From Chloroflexia bacterium (GTDB lineage: Bacteria; Chloroflexota; Chloroflexia; Thermomicrobiales; CADCWN01): a stretch of DNA of 32,000 nucleotides. The position numbers and the translations under genes were made by a program. A model generated the notes under the pieces. The model was not told the DNA's origin, did not search any database, and worked only from the letters and a program-made list of their open reading frames with translations. This document shows, in pieces, positions 1-10,370 of the stretch (the stretch's first letter is position 1; each line of letters begins with the position of its first letter). The DNA lies in NCBI GenBank assembly GCA_046328475.1, contig JAXLWN010000067.1, positions 4,263 to 36,262 on the forward strand, in the 5' to 3' direction.

Positions 1-579
1 CGCGGCTGCGCTATGACGACGACTCGGAAGAATTCGAAGCATTGGCGCTGGAAATGCTGTGCCGACGCTCCGGCCATCTACGAGCGGATCGATCTGTCGG
101 CGTTCAAACTGAGCCACTCGACGTGCTCAAGTGCGATCACGCCGGTTGTCCGGCGCGGTTACGCGCCGCTCGGTGACGGCAAATATGCCGTCGCCATCGG
201 CGATGTTCATGTGCTGAACGATCCGGTACTCGGGCAGGGGGCGAACGCCGCCTCGCATGCCGCCTGGACGCTCGGCGAGGCAATCGCCGCTGGTGGGCCA
301 TTCGACGAAGCGTTCTGCCGCCGCGTGGAGGGGCGCTCCTGGGAGTACGCGAGCGCGGTGACGGAATGGACCAACGCGGCGCTGCAGCCGCCCGCGCCGC
401 ATGCCATCGCACTCTTCGCCGCCGCCGCCCAGGACAAGGCGATCGCCGACGAACTGGTCGACAACTTCAACGCCCCGGCGCGCAACTGGGCGATCTTTGG
501 CAGTCCAGAAGGGGCAGCAGCCTATCTGGAGCAGCATGGCCTGGCCGTGGCCGATGCCGTCGCGCATAGCCACGGCTGA
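1..579 (+). pseudogene. StyA-like FAD-dependent monooxygenase, C-terminal part (5' end outside window; apparent frameshifts in the first ~170 nt)
   Basis: The ORF ending at 579 reads ...AITPVVRRGYAPLGDGKYAVAIGDVHVLNDPVLGQGANAASHAAWTLGEAI. The GD..x..DPxxGQGAN block is typical of styrene/indole monooxygenase-like flavoproteins. Upstream pieces (RLRYDDDSEEFEALALEML and PLDVLK) lie in another frame. Confidence 0.5.
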
Positions 580-843
580 GTTTTCGCTGGCGTGACCTGG
601 TCGGTGGAACTCGCCGCGCGATGAACGCATCCCCCACTGTCCGCACACTCTCCTCATGCTGTTCGCAGCCACCGGGGTCTGCCAGGGGGCAAACTCGTTG
701 GCAGCGACCCTCCCGTACAGGGTGGCGTCGATGAAAAGTATTGCGCCAGGCAATCAGGTATCGCGCCTGAAATGGGCGAGCACTTTATCCTGAAGACGAC
801 CCCTCCCGGCATTTCAGGCGCGATTTTGAAGAAGCGAGAGCTG

Positions 844-1656
844 ATGAACTCTGTACAGCAAGCCCCACCCGTCGAGCGCGCCCCAGCACACCCTTTTGCG
901 CTCGAATTGCGGGGACTCTCCAAGGATTTCCGCCTCCCTGTCCTCCGCGACCTCACGCTTGGGGTGCGGCCCGGCGAGTTTGTCTGCCTGCTCGGCCCGA
1001 ATGGCTGCGGCAAGACGACCCTGCTGCGTATCCTCGCGGGCCTGGAGGAACCTGATCATGGCCAGGTATTGATCGCTAACGAGCCCGTCGCTGCGCAATC
1101 CGATCGTGCACGGCGGGTCGGAGTGGTCTTCCAGGAGTCGCGCTTGCTCCCCTGGCGCTCGGTGCTCGACAACATCACGCTCTGCCTCAAACCACTGGGG
1201 CTGCACGGAGAGGCCGCGCGGCAACGGGTCGGCACCTACCTCGACCTCGTCGGGTTGCGCGGGTTCGAGCGCGAGTTCCCCGGCCGGCTGTCGGGGGGTA
1301 TGCAGCAGCGCGCGGCGATCGCCCGCGCGCTGGCAACCGGACCGACAATCCTGCTGATGGACGAGCCGTTCAGCGCGCTCGACCCGGAGACGCGCCGCAT
1401 CATGCAGGACGAGTTGGTGAAGCTGTGGGAGGCGATGGGGACCACGATCCTCTTCGTGACACACAACATCGAGGAGGCGCTGCGAATCGGGAACCGGGTC
1501 GCCCTGCTCACCGCCCGCCCCGCGCGGGTCCGCACAGACCTACCGGTCGCGACTGGGGACGACCGCCAGCAGATAGCAGAGCAGTTGCTCGAGCAACTCT
1601 CGGAGGAAGTATGGCGACAACGCCGTCAGGAGACGCCGAGTGCAGTCGCGGGGTGA
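844..1656 (+). CDS. ABC transporter ATP-binding protein, nitrate/sulfonate/taurine (NitT/TauT) type
   Basis: Walker A GPNGCGKTT, signature LSGGMQQR, Walker B ILLMDEPFSALD and an H-loop TILFVTHN. The track ORF starts at 772. I prefer the internal ATG at 844 (MNSVQQ...) because it gives the usual ~20-aa lead before LELRGLSKDF. Confidence 0.9.
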   Translation: MNSVQQAPPVERAPAHPFALELRGLSKDFRLPVLRDLTLGVRPGEFVCLLGPNGCGKTTLLRILAGLEEPDHGQVLIANEPVAAQSDRARRVGVVFQESRLLPWRSVLDNITLCLKPLGLHGEAARQRVGTYLDLVGLRGFEREFPGRLSGGMQQRAAIARALATGPTILLMDEPFSALDPETRRIMQDELVKLWEAMGTTILFVTHNIEEALRIGNRVALLTARPARVRTDLPVATGDDRQQIAEQLLEQLSEEVWRQRRQETPSAVAG

Positions 1657-1660
1657 GTGG

Positions 1661-2488
1661 ATGAAGCAAGGGGCCACCCGTCCACTGGTGGGCGCACAAC
1701 GTAAGGAGGGGGCCACCGACCGAGGGCGCGGCACGCTCTGGCGCGTGGTCGAGCGGCTGCACCTCCCCACGCTGGTCGTGCTGCTGATCGGCGTGGTGAT
1801 CTGGTCGCTGCTCTCCCAGCGATTCGGCCAGTATTTGCTCCCCTCGCCGGGGCGGGTGTTGCGTGCGCTCGACCAGTTGGTCACCAGTGGCGATATTTGG
1901 GTCCACATCGGGGCCACCTTGCGGCGCATCGGCCTCGGTTTCGGTGCCGCCTGCGGCGTTGCCCTCGTGGTCGGTTTCTGCGCCTCGCGGCTTCGCCCGG
2001 TCGAACTGGTAATCCGCGATCTCACGGCGATCCTGAACAGCACCTCGGTCTTCGTCTGGATCGTGCTGGCGATGATCTGGTTCGGCCTGACCGACCGGGC
2101 TCCGGTCTTCACCACCTTCATGATCACCCTGCCAGTGCTCCTCAGCAATGTACTGGAAGGGGTCGCGAGCGTCGATCGCAAGTTGCTGGAGATGGCCCGC
2201 GCTTACCGGTTCGGCAGCCTGGATCGCTTCGTCCAGATCACGATCCCGAGTATCAGCCCTTATCTGCTGGCCGGGATGAGCAATGCCTTCGCCCTCGCCC
2301 TGCGGGTGAGCGTGATCGCGGAGATCTTCGGGGTGACCACCGGCATCGGCTATCAGATGAATTACAGCCGCGACATCCTGCGCACCGACCTGATGTTCGC
2401 CTGGGCGGTGGTCCTGATCGTGGTGATGGTCGTGGTCGATCGCCTCGTCTTCGTGACGATTTCGCGCCGCGTGAGCCGCTGGCGCTGA
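1661..2488 (+). CDS. ABC transporter permease (SsuC/TauC-like)
   Basis: Multi-pass hydrophobic protein directly after the ATPase. An EAA-like region (LEMARAYRFGSLDRFVQITIPSISPYLLAG) is present. The ATG at 1661 is preceded by ggggtgag. The track ORF starts at 1640. Confidence 0.85.
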   Translation: MKQGATRPLVGAQRKEGATDRGRGTLWRVVERLHLPTLVVLLIGVVIWSLLSQRFGQYLLPSPGRVLRALDQLVTSGDIWVHIGATLRRIGLGFGAACGVALVVGFCASRLRPVELVIRDLTAILNSTSVFVWIVLAMIWFGLTDRAPVFTTFMITLPVLLSNVLEGVASVDRKLLEMARAYRFGSLDRFVQITIPSISPYLLAGMSNAFALALRVSVIAEIFGVTTGIGYQMNYSRDILRTDLMFAWAVVLIVVMVVVDRLVFVTISRRVSRWR

Positions 2489-2507
2489 GACGAGGAGGAG
2501 TTCAATC

Positions 2508-3620
2508 ATGGCAATGACGCGACGAGATTTTCTCAACAAGGCCGGGCTCGCGGCCGGTGGGTTGGGGCTGGCCTCCGTGCTCGCTGCATGTGGTGGCGGC
2601 ACGACACCCACCTCGGCTGCCTCCGGGGGAACAGTCCCCGGCACCGGCAGCCCTGGTCGGGGCACGCCAGGCGGAGCGACACCCGGCGGGGCCACGCCCG
2701 GCGGTGCGAGCAAGCCCTCGCGCAAATTCTCGCTCGGCTACCTGACCCTCGGTTGGGCTGGCATCGAGATCACCCACAAGCTCGATTTGCTCAAGCAGCG
2801 TGGCTGGAACACCGAATGGCAGTCGGTGGGGCCGATCAACGGGCTGATCAACGCCTACGCGTCGAAGCAGGTTGAGCTGATCGACATGGCGCTGGTCCTC
2901 GCCGCCCAGATGTACGAGAACGGGGTGCCGCTGACGATCTTCGGCACTGCCGTCGCCACCCTCGGGTCGATCGTCGTCCCCGAGGACTCCTCAATCAAGT
3001 CGGTGACCGATCTCAAGGGTCGCAAGGTGGGCGGAATCCCCGGCTCGGCGACCGCCCAGGATGTCAACGCCTCGCTCCGCAAGGTCCACGGTTTCGACCT
3101 CTTCACCGACACCCAGTTCGTCCAGGCGACCGCCCCCGCGGATCTGATCGGGCTGATGCAAAAGCGCGACGTTGAGGCGGGCTTCGTCTGGGAGCCGATC
3201 ACCTCGCAACTGAAAGTGAATGCCGCCTATCGCGTGCTGGCATCGCAGCAGGAACTCTGGGAACAGGCCAGCGGGACAAGCACGAGCCAGATCCACGTCG
3301 TCTATGTGACCACACCGGAAATCGCTCGCGAGTACAGGGCCCTGCTCGCCGATGTCAACCAGTGCCAGGCGGAGGTCGCCGACCTCTGGCAGAAGAAGGA
3401 TGCGAAGGCGATCGACGCGATCATGCAGGTGACCCAACTGCCGAAGGATGTCGTCGAAATGGCGCTGGGACAAACGAATCCGCTCTTTGGCCTCACCGAC
3501 GAGCACATCCAGACGATCCTGACGCAGCTCAAGCTGAACCGCGAAAACGGCACCATCCTCAAGTCGGATAGTTGGCTCGACCCGGCGAAAGTCAGCCCCG
3601 ACCTCTTCTTCCGGCTCTAG
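2508..3620 (+). CDS. ABC transporter substrate-binding lipoprotein (NMT1/SsuA-like) with Tat signal
   Basis: N-terminus MAMTRRDFLNKAGLAAGGLGLASVLAACGG combines a twin-arginine motif with a lipobox Cys. A Gly/Thr/Pro linker (TPGGA x3) follows, then a periplasmic-binding-like body. It completes the three-gene ABC operon. Confidence 0.8.
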   Translation: MAMTRRDFLNKAGLAAGGLGLASVLAACGGGTTPTSAASGGTVPGTGSPGRGTPGGATPGGATPGGASKPSRKFSLGYLTLGWAGIEITHKLDLLKQRGWNTEWQSVGPINGLINAYASKQVELIDMALVLAAQMYENGVPLTIFGTAVATLGSIVVPEDSSIKSVTDLKGRKVGGIPGSATAQDVNASLRKVHGFDLFTDTQFVQATAPADLIGLMQKRDVEAGFVWEPITSQLKVNAAYRVLASQQELWEQASGTSTSQIHVVYVTTPEIAREYRALLADVNQCQAEVADLWQKKDAKAIDAIMQVTQLPKDVVEMALGQTNPLFGLTDEHIQTILTQLKLNRENGTILKSDSWLDPAKVSPDLFFRL

Positions 3621-3701
3621 CGGGGAATCGATTGTGCGATGGCATTGCCTACACCGCAGCATTCGACCGACGAGAGGTGACGTACATCGGAGGAATGCCT
3701 G

Positions 3702-4941
3702 ATGAAAGTGATCATTGCGGGATGCGGCATCGGCGGTCTCACCGCCGCGCTGGCGCTGCACCGGGCCGGGATCGAAGCCGAACTCTTCGAGCAGGCGCAG
3801 GAAGTGCGCGAACTCGGCGTCGGCATCAACCTGCTGCCGCACGCCGTCAAGGCGCTGGCCGGGCTTGGCCTGCTGCCCGCACTGGACGAGGTGGGCATTC
3901 GCCAGCGCCTCCTGGTCCTGATGAACCGCCACGGGCAGACGGTCTGGGAGGAGCCGCGCGGCCTCGACGCCGGCTACGATCTGCCGCAGATCAGCATTCA
4001 TCGCGGCAAGCTGCAGGGGGTCCTCTATCGCGCGGTCCTCGACCGCCTGGGACCGGAGCGCGTCCACACCGGACTCCGCCTGACCGGCTACGCCGAGCGA
4101 GGCGATCGCATCCTGGCGCAATTCGCGCGCCGCGCCGATGGCGTGCTGGTCGAGGCCAGCGGCGATCTGCTGGTCGGTGCCGACGGCATCCATTCGGCGC
4201 TGCGGTGGATCTTCTACCCCGACGAAGGCCCGCCCGCCTGGAACGGGCACATGCTCTGGCGTGGCGCAACCGAGTGGCCGATCTACGCCGACGGTCTCAC
4301 GCAAGTGATCGCGGGCGGGAACGACGCCAAGCTCGTCTACTACCCGGTCCACGCCGACCCGGCGCGCCCCGACACCCAACTGACCAACTGGGCGATCATG
4401 GCACGCCTGGGCGACGGCTCACAACCGCTGCCGCGCCGCGAGGACTGGAGCCGACCTGGGCGATTGGACGAAGCCCTGCCGTACGCGACACCTTCCGCCT
4501 CGATTTCGTCGATTTGAGGCGCTGATGTCAACGACCGAGACCTTCTACGAGTTCCCCTGCTGCGACCGCGACCCGGTCGATCGCTGGTCCTTCGGCCGCG
4601 CCACGCTGCTCGGCGACGCCGCCCACCCGATGTACCCGACCGGCAGCAACGGCGCGAGCCAGGCGATCCTCGATGCCCTCGCGCTTGCCGCTCACCTGAT
4701 GTCGGGTGCCCCCGTAGCCAGGGCGTTGGCAGCCTACGACGCCGAGCGCCGCCCCGCCACAGCTGCGATCACCCTTTCCAATCGCCGTGGTGGCGGAAGG
4801 GGTGATCGACCTGGTCGAGGCGCGGGCACCGGGGGCTTCACCGACCTCGGTGCCGTGGCGAGCCATGCCGAACGCGAGGCGGTCGTGCGCGGCTACGCCA
4901 CCCTGGCCGGTTACGCCGTTGACCAGGTGAACCAGCCCTGA
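3702..4941 (+). pseudogene. FAD-dependent monooxygenase (aromatic-ring hydroxylase family), broken by two closely spaced frameshifts near 4480-4530
   Basis: N-terminal Rossmann motif MKVIIAGCGIGGLTAALAL. The C-terminal piece (4525..4941) carries GRATLLGDAAHPMYPTGSNGASQAILDA, the conserved FAD-binding GDAAH motif. The bridging residues FRLDFVDLRR lie in the third frame. Confidence 0.8.
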
Positions 4942-4987
4942 GGCCCCCAGCGGTTGTACGACGAGCACGATGAGAGGAGGCAATCCG

Positions 4988-5506
4988 ATGACCGATCCGC
5001 ACACCAACCAGGACGAAGAGCCTCGATGGCTACAGCAACGATGCGCACCCTGGAGTCGCGCGCACGACGAACTCGCGAAAGGCCTACCAGCGCCGACATC
5101 ACCCATTTCCTGGGCACGAGCAAGCCCCGATGGCGCGCCCGCACGTCGCCGGGGTCGGGGCGGCCTGGCTCGACGGCGACTTCTATGTCACCAGCAACCT
5201 CAACGCGCGCAAGGCCCGCAACCTGGCCGCGAACCCGACCTGCACGATCGCCGTCAAGCTGGCGGGCATCGATCTGACGTTCTTCGGGACCGCCGCGCGG
5301 TGAGCGATGCGGCCGCGCTGGCAAGCTCGCCGCAATCTACCGCGAAGGCGGCTGGCCCGCCGAGGTCGCGGGCGATGCGCTGGCCCTTTTCAGTGCACCC
5401 AGCGCCGGCCCGTCGCCGTGGCGTCTTCCGCTTCACCTTCGATCGGGTCGTCGGCGTCGCGGGGCCGTCCCTTCGGCGCGACCCTCTGGGAGTTCGCCCG
5501 CGCTGA
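4988..5506 (+). pseudogene. Pyridoxamine 5'-phosphate oxidase-like (PPOX-class) small flavoprotein, multiply frameshifted
   Basis: Strong RBS gaggagg lies 7 nt before the ATG at 4988. Protein-like segments sit in three frames: RPHVAGVGAAWLDGDFYVTSNLNARKARNLAANPTCTIAVKLAGIDLTFFGTAAR, then VSDAAALA..., then FRFTFDRVVGV / PFGATLWEFAR. The family call is from general sequence resemblance only. Confidence 0.4.
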
Positions 5507-5555
5507 CCATGTGCCACGCGCGGCCTTTCCCGATATCGAGAGTAGGAGATCGAGC

Positions 5556-5927
5556 GATGGAACCGAACAGCCCCGAACAGTGGTGGCCTCTTTCAGCGGG
5601 CGATGGGCGCTGGCGATATCGAGGCGCTGCTGCGTCTCTACGGTGACGGTAATCGCCGGTGCGGACGGCCAGATGCGGCCGGACACGACGGCGTGCGCGC
5701 ACAGCTCAGGCCGCTGGTGGAGGCGCGGGCGAACTTCGACTTCACAATCAAGAAGATCATCGGTCCGGCGACCTGGCCTTGCCTCACACCGCAGTGCAGA
5801 TCAGCGGACCACGCATCAGTTCGGGCTACGCGCTCGAAGTCCTGCGTCGGCAACCAGATGGGCGCTGGCTGCTGGTCCTCGGCGACCCCTTCACCATCGG
5901 CGCAGCGATCGAGGAAGCGGCGATTAA
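5556..5927 (+). pseudogene. SnoaL-like / DUF4440-like (NTF2-fold) small protein, multiply frameshifted
   Basis: RBS aggag precedes the ATG at 5556. Fragments across frames include FQRAMGAGDIEALLRLYGD, HDGVRAQLRPLVEARANFDFTIKKIIG and SGDLALPHTAVQISGPRISSGYALEVLRRQPDGRWLLVLGDPFTIG. The 3' end is uncertain. Confidence 0.4.
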
Positions 5928-5944
5928 AATGGGAGCATCGATTG

Positions 5945-7526
5945 ATGGCGACTCAGCAGCTATCTACCGACGGCGGTGCAGCGGCGCTCACGCCAGCGGA
6001 CCCTACACAAAATGCCCGCTGCCGGACCACTCGTTGTCTCGCGGGCCAACCGCGTTACTTCGCAGCCCGTGGGCACGACGGTGCAGAGGGCGGGCCATCT
6101 GCCTGACCGGTTCGCACGTCTGGAATAACTTCCACGATGGGATGGGACCGGGTCGGGATTGCCCCGGAACCGGAACGGCTCGATTTCGATGCCTACCTCG
6201 CCTTTCTCGCGGACTACGTACCATTTCATCCGCCTGGCGCTGGTGATTCCGCTCGCAGGCTGCCGGTGGCGACTACCTATCTGCATGTCCCCGCAGCCGT
6301 GGCCCAGGAGCGGGGCGGGTGTTGCGACCGACGGCCAGCCGAAGTTCGATCTCACGCAGTTCGACCCGGCCTACTTCGCGCGGCTCCGCGAGCGTGTCAG
6401 CGCCGCCGGCGAGCGCGGCATCTACGTCGCGATCATGCTCTTTGACGGCTTCGCCCTCCACGCATCGGCCCGCACCCGACCACATCCGGTTACCCGTTCC
6501 GCGCGAACAACGTCAACGGGATCGCCATCGCCTCGATCAACGACTACCAGGTCCTGCCGCTCGATCCGCGTGTCCAGACTTTCCAGCAAGCGTACATCCG
6601 GCAGGTCGTCGAGACCGTCCACGACTTGCCCAACGTCCTCTACGAGGTCGCCAACGAGTCGGTGGGTGGCGGGCGTGTGGACCGCGAGTTCGCGGATATC
6701 TGCTCGGGCTGGCCGACGTGCCCGACTGGGGCGACTCGACCACCTGGCAATACTGGGTGATCCACACCATCAAGGAGCACGAACAGCGGATGGGCTACGA
6801 CCAGCACCCGGTCGGGATGACGATGCAGTTCCAGTTTGCCGACCAGCGGCGGGTCAACGCCCCCCTCCTTAATAGTCGCGCCGACTGGATCTCGCCCGGC
6901 TATGACGACGACGCCTTCGCTGAGGGCGGGCATCCCGGCCACGACGGCAGCCCGGAGTCGCGCTGGTACATCGACCCACCCGCTGGGGACGGCACCAAGG
7001 TCATCCTCACCGATACCGACCACTACGCGGCGGGCAAGGGCGACCCGCTCTGGGTCTGGAAGTCCTTCCTGCGCGGCCACCACCCGATCCTGATGGACTA
7101 CGGCCTGATCGCCGCCGCGACCGCACCCAACCTGGGCGCGGGGACGCCGGAATACGAGGCGTTCGAACCGGTCCGCCGCGCCATGGGCGACACGCGCCGT
7201 TTCGCCGAGCGGATCGATCTGTCCGCGATGGTGCAAACGGCGAACTCGCTTCGACTGGCTATGTGCTGGCGAACCCTGGCGCAGAGTACCTCGTCCTGCA
7301 AGCGGGCAACACGACGGTGCCGTTCACCGTCATGCTGGAGGCGGGCACCTACCGTGCGGAGTGGCACGATGTCGAGCGGCGCGCGGTGACGAGGGAAGGC
7401 GTAGTCAATGCCGAACGTCGTGCCACGCTTGAGTTCCGCAGCCCGTTCGCGGCATCGGGCGGTGTCGTGCTCTACCTGAAGAAGATCGCGCACGCTCTCG
7501 TGTCGCGGACGATGCTGGTGGGTTGA
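5945..7526 (+). pseudogene. Glycoside hydrolase-like TIM-barrel protein (clan GH-A / GH5-like), at least six frame changes
   Basis: Fragments across frames include LTGSHVWNNFHDGMGPG, PEPERLDFDAYLAFLADY, KFDLTQFDPAYFARLRERVSAAGERGIYVAIMLFDG, YPFRANNVNGI...VHDLPNVLYEVANES (candidate acid/base NE) and TTWQYWVIHTIKEHEQRMGYDQHPVGMTMQF. The C-terminal beta-rich tail is GYVLANPGAEYLVLQAGN...VVLYLKKI. Confidence 0.5.
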
Positions 7527-7588
7527 CTCGTGCTGCTCGGAGCAGTGACGGCTAGCAGGGCATGGGTAGCGGCCGGGAAGGAGGCGCG

Positions 7589-8131
7589 ATGCGGAATGCC
7601 GAGTTGAGCGATGCTCGACCGTGGCGGTTGAGGCCCCCGACGCGCAAGACGCTCCTGGTCATCCACATCGCGTCGGGCGGCGCGTGGATCGGGATCGATG
7701 TCGTCATGGGCGTCATGGTCTTCACCGCCCTCGGTGGCGACGATGCCACCAGGGCGCTCTGCTACCGCGCGCTCGAATTGTTCGCTGGTTGGCCGCTGAT
7801 CGTGACTGGCCTGATCTGCCTCGCCAGCGGCGTCCTCCTCGGCCTCGGCACGGTCTATGGTCTGCTGCGCTACTGGTGGGTCGTGGTCAAGCTCGTGCTG
7901 AACGTCGTCCTCGTCGCCCTGGTCGCGATCCTCTTGCGGCCGGGGGTCGTCGAACTGGCAGAACAAGGGCGACGCTTCGAGGCCGGGCAAGCGGCCATGC
8001 TCGCGACGGGTCAACTCGTCTTCCCACCGATCGTCTCGACAAGCGCGCTCATCTTCGCGACGATCCTGGCCGTCTTCAAGCCATGGGGCCTCATCCGCAA
8101 GCGCCAGGCGCCAGCGCGCAACGCCGAGTAG
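7589..8131 (+). CDS. Integral membrane protein, unknown function
   Basis: There are four to five hydrophobic segments (LLVIHIASGGAWIGIDVVMGVMVF, WPLIVTGLICLASGVLLGLG, WWVVVKLVLNVVLVALVAILL, LVFPPIVSTSALIFATILAVF). The ATG at 7589 follows aaggagg. The track ORF starts at 7562. Confidence 0.6.
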   Translation: MRNAELSDARPWRLRPPTRKTLLVIHIASGGAWIGIDVVMGVMVFTALGGDDATRALCYRALELFAGWPLIVTGLICLASGVLLGLGTVYGLLRYWWVVVKLVLNVVLVALVAILLRPGVVELAEQGRRFEAGQAAMLATGQLVFPPIVSTSALIFATILAVFKPWGLIRKRQAPARNAE

Positions 8132-8251
8132 GTGCCTGCAACGCCGTCCGCGAATGAAACCGACGTGCAACGAAGGAGACGATTGCCTCCTTCTAGTGAA
8201 GCCACGCCCTCGCGCAAATTGCCGGGCGAGCGCGCAGAGAGGAGAACGCCG

Positions 8252-8860
8252 ATGGATCCCCGTAACACCGCCGTACTCGCAATCCACTGGCAACGAGACA
8301 TCGTGAAGCGCGAAGGAGCCTTCGGCGAGTTCTACGGCGAAATGGTCGAGCGCACCGGCGTCATTGAGCGTTCTGTCAGCCTGCTCGCCAGTGCCCGCGC
8401 GCGAAACGTGCCGATCTTCTATACGCGCGTTTGCTACAGCGAAGGGCATCCGGAACTAGATGCCAACTGCCCGCTCCTCGACCTCGTCGGTCAGCGGAAA
8501 GCCCTGGTGGACGGCTCGCCCGGCGCGATGATCATCCCGGAGTTGTCGCCCCAGCCGGGGGATGTGGTCGTGAGCCACACACGAGTGGCGGGCACCCAGG
8601 GCACCAATCTGGTCGAACAACTCCGGGCACGCGACATCAAGCATGCCGCCATTCTCGGCGTATCGACCAACATCTCGGTGGAAAGTACCGCGCGCAACCT
8701 CGCCGATGCCGGATTCGATGTCCATGTGGTGGCGGACTGCTGCACGACGAGCACCCAGGAGGCGCATGACGCGTCGATTGCGACCCTCGGCCTCCTCACG
8801 CGCACGATCATGAACGCCGACGAGTTCATCGTGGACTTTGCGCGCGGGGGACAGGCCTGA
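8252..8860 (+). CDS. Isochorismatase-family cysteine hydrolase
   Basis: MDPRNTAVLAIHWQRDIV..., then a C-terminal block ILGVSTNISVESTARNLADAGFDVHVVADCCTT. RBS gagaggag lies 7 nt upstream of the ATG at 8252. Confidence 0.75.
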   Translation: MDPRNTAVLAIHWQRDIVKREGAFGEFYGEMVERTGVIERSVSLLASARARNVPIFYTRVCYSEGHPELDANCPLLDLVGQRKALVDGSPGAMIIPELSPQPGDVVVSHTRVAGTQGTNLVEQLRARDIKHAAILGVSTNISVESTARNLADAGFDVHVVADCCTTSTQEAHDASIATLGLLTRTIMNADEFIVDFARGGQA

Positions 8861-8890
8861 TCCGATACGTTGCAGCAAGGAAGGTGCCGC

Positions 8891-10306
8891 ATGACCCCGG
8901 AGGAATTCCGCCAGTTTGGCCATCAAGTGATCGATTGGATCGCCGACTACCGCGCGCACGTCGCCGACCTGCCCGTGATGTCACCTGTCGAGCCGGGATC
9001 GGTTCGCGCGCAACTCCCCGTTCATCCGCCCGAGCAGGGCGAACCCTTCGCGGCGATCCTCGCCGATCTGGACCGGCTGATCGCCCCCGGCCTCTCCCAC
9101 TGGCAGCACCCGCGCTTCTTTGCCTACTTCCCCGCCAACGCCAGCCTCGCCTCGGTGCTCGGAGACTTGCTCAGCACGGGACTCGGCACCCTCGGGTTGA
9201 GCTGGCAGTCGAGCCCGGCCCTGACCGAACTGGAGGAGACCGTCACCGACTGGCTGCGCCAGATGATCGGGCTCTCTGATGCGTGGGCGGGCGTGATCCA
9301 GGATTCTGCCTCGACCGCCACCCTGGTCGCCTTGCTCTGCGCCCGTGAGCGCACAACTGGCCACGGGCAGACACGCGGCGGGCTCCAGGCGGAGGAGCGC
9401 CCGCTGGTCGTCTACACCTCCGACCAGAGCCATAGCTCGGTCGAGAAGGACGCGCTCCTCGCCGGCTTCGGCCGGGCGAATGTTCGCGCCCTGCCGACCG
9501 ACGAGCACTTTGCCCTGCGCGTTGATGCGCTGGAAGAGGCGATCCGCGCGGATCTGGCGGCGGGTCGCGTGCCCTGCGCGATCGTCGCGAGCGTTGGCAC
9601 CACGGCGAGCACCGCGCTCGATCCGCTGGAGCCGATCGCGGCGCTGGCGCATGCCCACGGCCTCTGGCTTCACGTCGACGCGGCGCTCGCCGGATCCGCG
9701 ATGATCCTGCCTGAGTGTCGCCCCTTGTGGGCGGGGATCGAGGGGGCCGATTCGCTGGTGATCAACCCTCACAAGTGGCTCGGCGCGGCCTTTGATTGTT
9801 CGCTCTACTACATCCGCGACCAGGATCACCTGGTACAGGTGATGTCGACCAACCCGAGTTTTCTGCGCACCGACGCCGATGGTCGCGTGCGGAATCTGCG
9901 CGATTGGCAGATCCCGCTCGGTCGCCGTTTCCGTGCCCTCAAACTCTGGTGCCTCGTACGGGAGCAGGGTGTGGCCGGACTACAAGCGCGCCTACGCCGA
10001 GACATGAAGAATGCGCGTTGGCTGGCAGAGCAGGTGGACGCAACACCGGGCTGGGAGCGGGTGGCACCGGTCCCGCTCCAGACGGTCTGCGTGCGGCACC
10101 GTCCCGCCGGGCGAGAGAGGGAAGAGCTCGACGCGCACACGCTTGGCTGGGTGGGACGGCTAAACCGCTCTGGGGCCGCCTATCTGACGCCCGCCGTGCT
10201 GGCGGGGAGGTGGATGGCACGCGTGTCGATCGGCGCGGAGCCGACGGAGCGCGTGGATGTCGAGGCGGCATGGCAGGCAATGCGCGCGGAGGCCGAGCGC
10301 GGTTGA
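8891..10306 (+). CDS. PLP-dependent aromatic-L-amino-acid / tyrosine decarboxylase (group II decarboxylase)
   Basis: Intact 471-aa ORF. N-terminus MTPEEFRQFGHQVIDWIADYRAHVADLPV. Blocks HWQHPRFFAYFPA and SDQSHSSVEKDA, plus the PLP-lysine motif SLVINPHKWL. Confidence 0.85.
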   Translation: MTPEEFRQFGHQVIDWIADYRAHVADLPVMSPVEPGSVRAQLPVHPPEQGEPFAAILADLDRLIAPGLSHWQHPRFFAYFPANASLASVLGDLLSTGLGTLGLSWQSSPALTELEETVTDWLRQMIGLSDAWAGVIQDSASTATLVALLCARERTTGHGQTRGGLQAEERPLVVYTSDQSHSSVEKDALLAGFGRANVRALPTDEHFALRVDALEEAIRADLAAGRVPCAIVASVGTTASTALDPLEPIAALAHAHGLWLHVDAALAGSAMILPECRPLWAGIEGADSLVINPHKWLGAAFDCSLYYIRDQDHLVQVMSTNPSFLRTDADGRVRNLRDWQIPLGRRFRALKLWCLVREQGVAGLQARLRRDMKNARWLAEQVDATPGWERVAPVPLQTVCVRHRPAGREREELDAHTLGWVGRLNRSGAAYLTPAVLAGRWMARVSIGAEPTERVDVEAAWQAMRAEAERG

Positions 10307-10370
10307 CCGCCCCTGCCCTGTGCTGGCAACCGCGATAGCTATGCGTCACTGACACAAAGGAGGAGTGATC

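Noticed and set aside
2662-2706. Three tandem ~15-nt units encoding TPGGA-TPGGA-TPGGA
   Set aside because: This is a low-complexity linker after the lipobox of a secreted binding protein. Such linkers are common and are explained by the coding sequence. It is not a regulatory or CRISPR-like repeat.
1508-2725. 405-aa ORF on the - strand
   Set aside because: It lies antisense to the well-supported permease and binding-protein genes. Its product is a low-complexity Pro/Gly/His/Asp/Arg-rich string typical of spurious open frames in high-GC DNA.
2991-4379. 462-aa ORF on the - strand
   Set aside because: It lies antisense to the substrate-binding protein and the FAD monooxygenase. It has no recognisable motifs, and the long open frame is explained by GC bias.
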